Assembly: GCF_000143415.4 (NCBI RefSeq)
Contig: NW_003314274.1
Span: 2,462,623-2,526,622 of the forward strand
Length of the DNA: 64,000 bases
Direction of reading: 5' to 3'
DNA from: Selaginella moellendorffii
Taxonomy: Eukaryota; Plantae; Lycopodiophyta
A program made the translations under genes and the position numbers. Shown in pieces: positions 61,666 through 64,000 of this stretch (position 1 is the stretch's first letter; every line of letters starts with the position of its first letter). The notes beneath the pieces were generated by a model, which saw only the letters and a program-made list of their open reading frames with translations, searched no databases and had not been told where the DNA came from.

Positions 61666-63449
61666 CGGCTCCATTGGAGTCCTCCCCCTTACTATACTTT
61701 TGGAGCTCATCAAACCCCCCAGGGTCTGAGAGACGAACGCTTTGGGCTTTCACCCTCTCATACTCGAACTCGGACTCGGACTCAGGCTTGAGTTTGGCCA
61801 GGAAAGGCTAGTTTGGCCTAGGAAGGCTGTGCCTAGGTGTTGGGTGATGGGATAACCACTGGGAGGTCCAAGGCTAGAGTGAATACGAACTGTCAAGCAG
61901 GGTAGCTTGGTGAAGTGTTCAAAAGCCAGCTCTAGTTTCCCCGGGAGATCGAATGGTTGATGCTTATAGTCTAAGTGTGGGTGGCACTACCTACTTGGAT
62001 ACCTAGCGTGGCTCAATGGAACCTCGCTCTAAGCCCATGGCTAAAGCACCAAAAGGCGGAAGGTGGGGAGAGTACTTATGAGGCTTGCGTAAGGCCACAG
62101 TGTTCTGAAATGTTGTCCCAAAGTCCCAGACTATGGAAAGGAAGAGGAGTGGTCCTCTGGTGTAGTGACCAATGATATGGTCATATGGTGAGGAAGTCCC
62201 AGAGGACAGTGGGATTTAGTGGTCGGGCATATGGGCCCTGTTCCAGTGGCAGTGGTGGCGAACATGGCTATGGGTAGAAAAAGGATTTGGTGGGGACTGT
62301 AAAAGGGATATTGGGGAAGGCTATGTAGCACACGTGGTTTTGACCATTTATCCTATGGTGATTTACCATAGGATAACACCACGAAGCAGAATCTAAACCC
62401 TCTTTGTGCCACGTGACAGATGTCATGTGTCACATGCCACGTGTCCAAAGGAACGTGGTGTGGAACCCGAGTTTCAGGGCCTTGAGCCACTAAACGAAGG
62501 AACGGTGCCAAACTCCCAAACATGGAGCCAAGGAGTGATAGAACCAGACTATGGAGCAACTCCCGAGCAAACAGCCCAAGGAGTGACTTGGAATAGTCCT
62601 AGAGCAACCAGCATCCTAATGCCAGGACTAGCATGCAAAATGGAGCCAAACGGGGTCTGGCACTATTTCAGCATACCGGTGGCCTAATGCAAGGACATGG
62701 GTATTCCCCTAGCTAGCATGGAATGGAACTTGGGTTTAGACCCAAGTTGGACGCAGAACAAGGACAAGCCCCCAAGCGGGGGTTAGATTATGCCTCAGGT
62801 TATTTGGCCATGCCCAATTTACCCACTATCCCTACTATACATTTGGAACCCCCCAAAGCCCCGCCCCCCCCCCCCCCCCTTGAGGGACACACGCTTTGGG
62901 CTTTCACCCCAAGCCTCCCTTAGTACCAGGAGTTAGTCTCTGGGACAAGTCCGAAACTTACTAAATATGGAATGGCCTTGGATTGCGAATTTGGACACGG
63001 GACGAACACCATTGTGTTCAGGCCGATCTCTACATTCTGTAGATATGCCAAATGAGCGAATCTAGACACTTCCTATAAATAGCATATGGGACTGAAATGA
63101 GACCAACACTAAGGACATGATAGCGAGGGTGTTTGGCAGACACGGTAAGCTATCATCAATCGAATATTGAGGGACTAGTCTCAATATCACGGGGGTTCCC
63201 AACACTAGCAAGTGCAAGTCAGCGAATGAGTTTCTCTAACCAGGTCAAGTATGCTTGACAAATAGCATGTAGGAATTCCGTCCTTATGCTCATCTGGTCA
63301 AGTGCACATGCGATGACCAGTTTCTCAACTAGCTTGAGTGGAGACTGTAAAAGGGACCAGCAATACCGACCTCCTGCCGTCGTGGCAGTAAGGAAAGAGT
63401 GCCTGTAAGGACTGGCCAACAAGTATCTTTCGATACCCGAAGTCACATT

Positions 63450-64000
63450 CGCGACAACTTGATAGGATACATCCCGACAATCCTGATCCTTATCAAGTCG
63501 ATATCTATCTTGAGCTTTGCCTATCGCCTTAGTAGCTTTAGATGAACCTTGGTGTAGCTGCTCCGCATAAGTCTCAACGGCTGGGACCAACATCTCGAAC
63601 ATCAGTTTCGGTACAATAATCTGTTGAGACACCCCATGAGCATTCCCTTGCAGCATATCCCATGGAGAACAACCAATAGTGCTGTGAAATGTGTTGTTAT
63701 AATAGATTTCTACTGTATCAAAATGCTCAATCCAGTCCCATTGGTCCGCTGTGACATAGTACCACAGGTAATCCTCAACTTTAGCATTCACATGTTTAGT
63801 CTGCCCATTAGTTTGAGGACGATAAGCCGTACTAAACTTCAATTTGGTACCAAACAGTTGGAACAGTTTGCCCCAAAACTTCCCCGTAAATCTCGAATCT
63901 CTATTCGAGATCATATCTTTAGGAAGACCACAAACCCCCACTATTTTATGGAAAAAGAGCTTTGCTGCTTGTTTCATATTTACTGTTCCCACAGTTGGAA
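63450..64000 (-). mobile_element. Ty3/gypsy integrase core remnant (catalytically dead)
   Basis: 'GLPKDMISNRDSRFTGKFW..GTKLKFSTAYRPQTNGQTKHVN..EDYL..YNNTFHSTIGCSP' matches the rve domain with second D->N and E->K; homology breaks near 63450. Confidence 0.85.

Larger units (their letters stand above)
57700..64000. mobile_element. Block of decayed/nested LTR-retrotransposon-derived sequence
   Basis: Abrupt loss of genes, AT-rich and CpG-poor, with protease and integrase remnants, tandem repeats and two related LTR-like units. Confidence 0.65.

Noticed and set aside
61057-61811. Multiple repetitive ORFs on both strands (MESKIKSE.., HLGLHLG.., RPRPRP)
   Set aside because: By-products of a stop-poor tandem repeat; no evidence of coding.

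Overview
Eukaryotic, land-plant nuclear DNA. Very short (~45-65 nt) GT-AG introns, <100-bp intergenic spacers, an axonemal dynein and a PLS-type PPR gene point to a plant with flagellated sperm, most likely the lycophyte Selaginella (inference). Positions 1-57.7 kb form a dense gene island: spatacsin (5'-partial), a PPR fusion protein plus upstream low-complexity ORF, NAD-IDH regulatory subunit, plastid pyruvate kinase, H2A.Z, a TRM/LONGIFOLIA-like protein, an inner-arm dynein heavy chain, NudC-domain protein, a cryptic LAZY/IGT-like gene, TOPBP1/MEI1, 4CL, O-fucosyltransferase, VPS29, IRK-interacting-like, DUF1677, PHF1/SEC12-like, monoacylglycerol lipase, GH116 glucosylceramidase and a divergent Pol IV/V second subunit. 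From ~57.7 kb to the end is an AT-rich, CpG-poor block of degenerate Ty3/gypsy retrotransposon remains with a higher-order tandem repeat. Best leads: (i) a LAZY-like gene with a one-codon first exon and eroded IGT/CCL motifs, (ii) an NRPD2/NRPE2-like subunit with mosaic Pol II/Pol IV signatures, (iii) an 'FGRHKG...LPDSYLQW' domain fused to a PPR array. All family calls are from motif recognition by eye, not database searches. Exon boundaries not explicitly listed are approximate.
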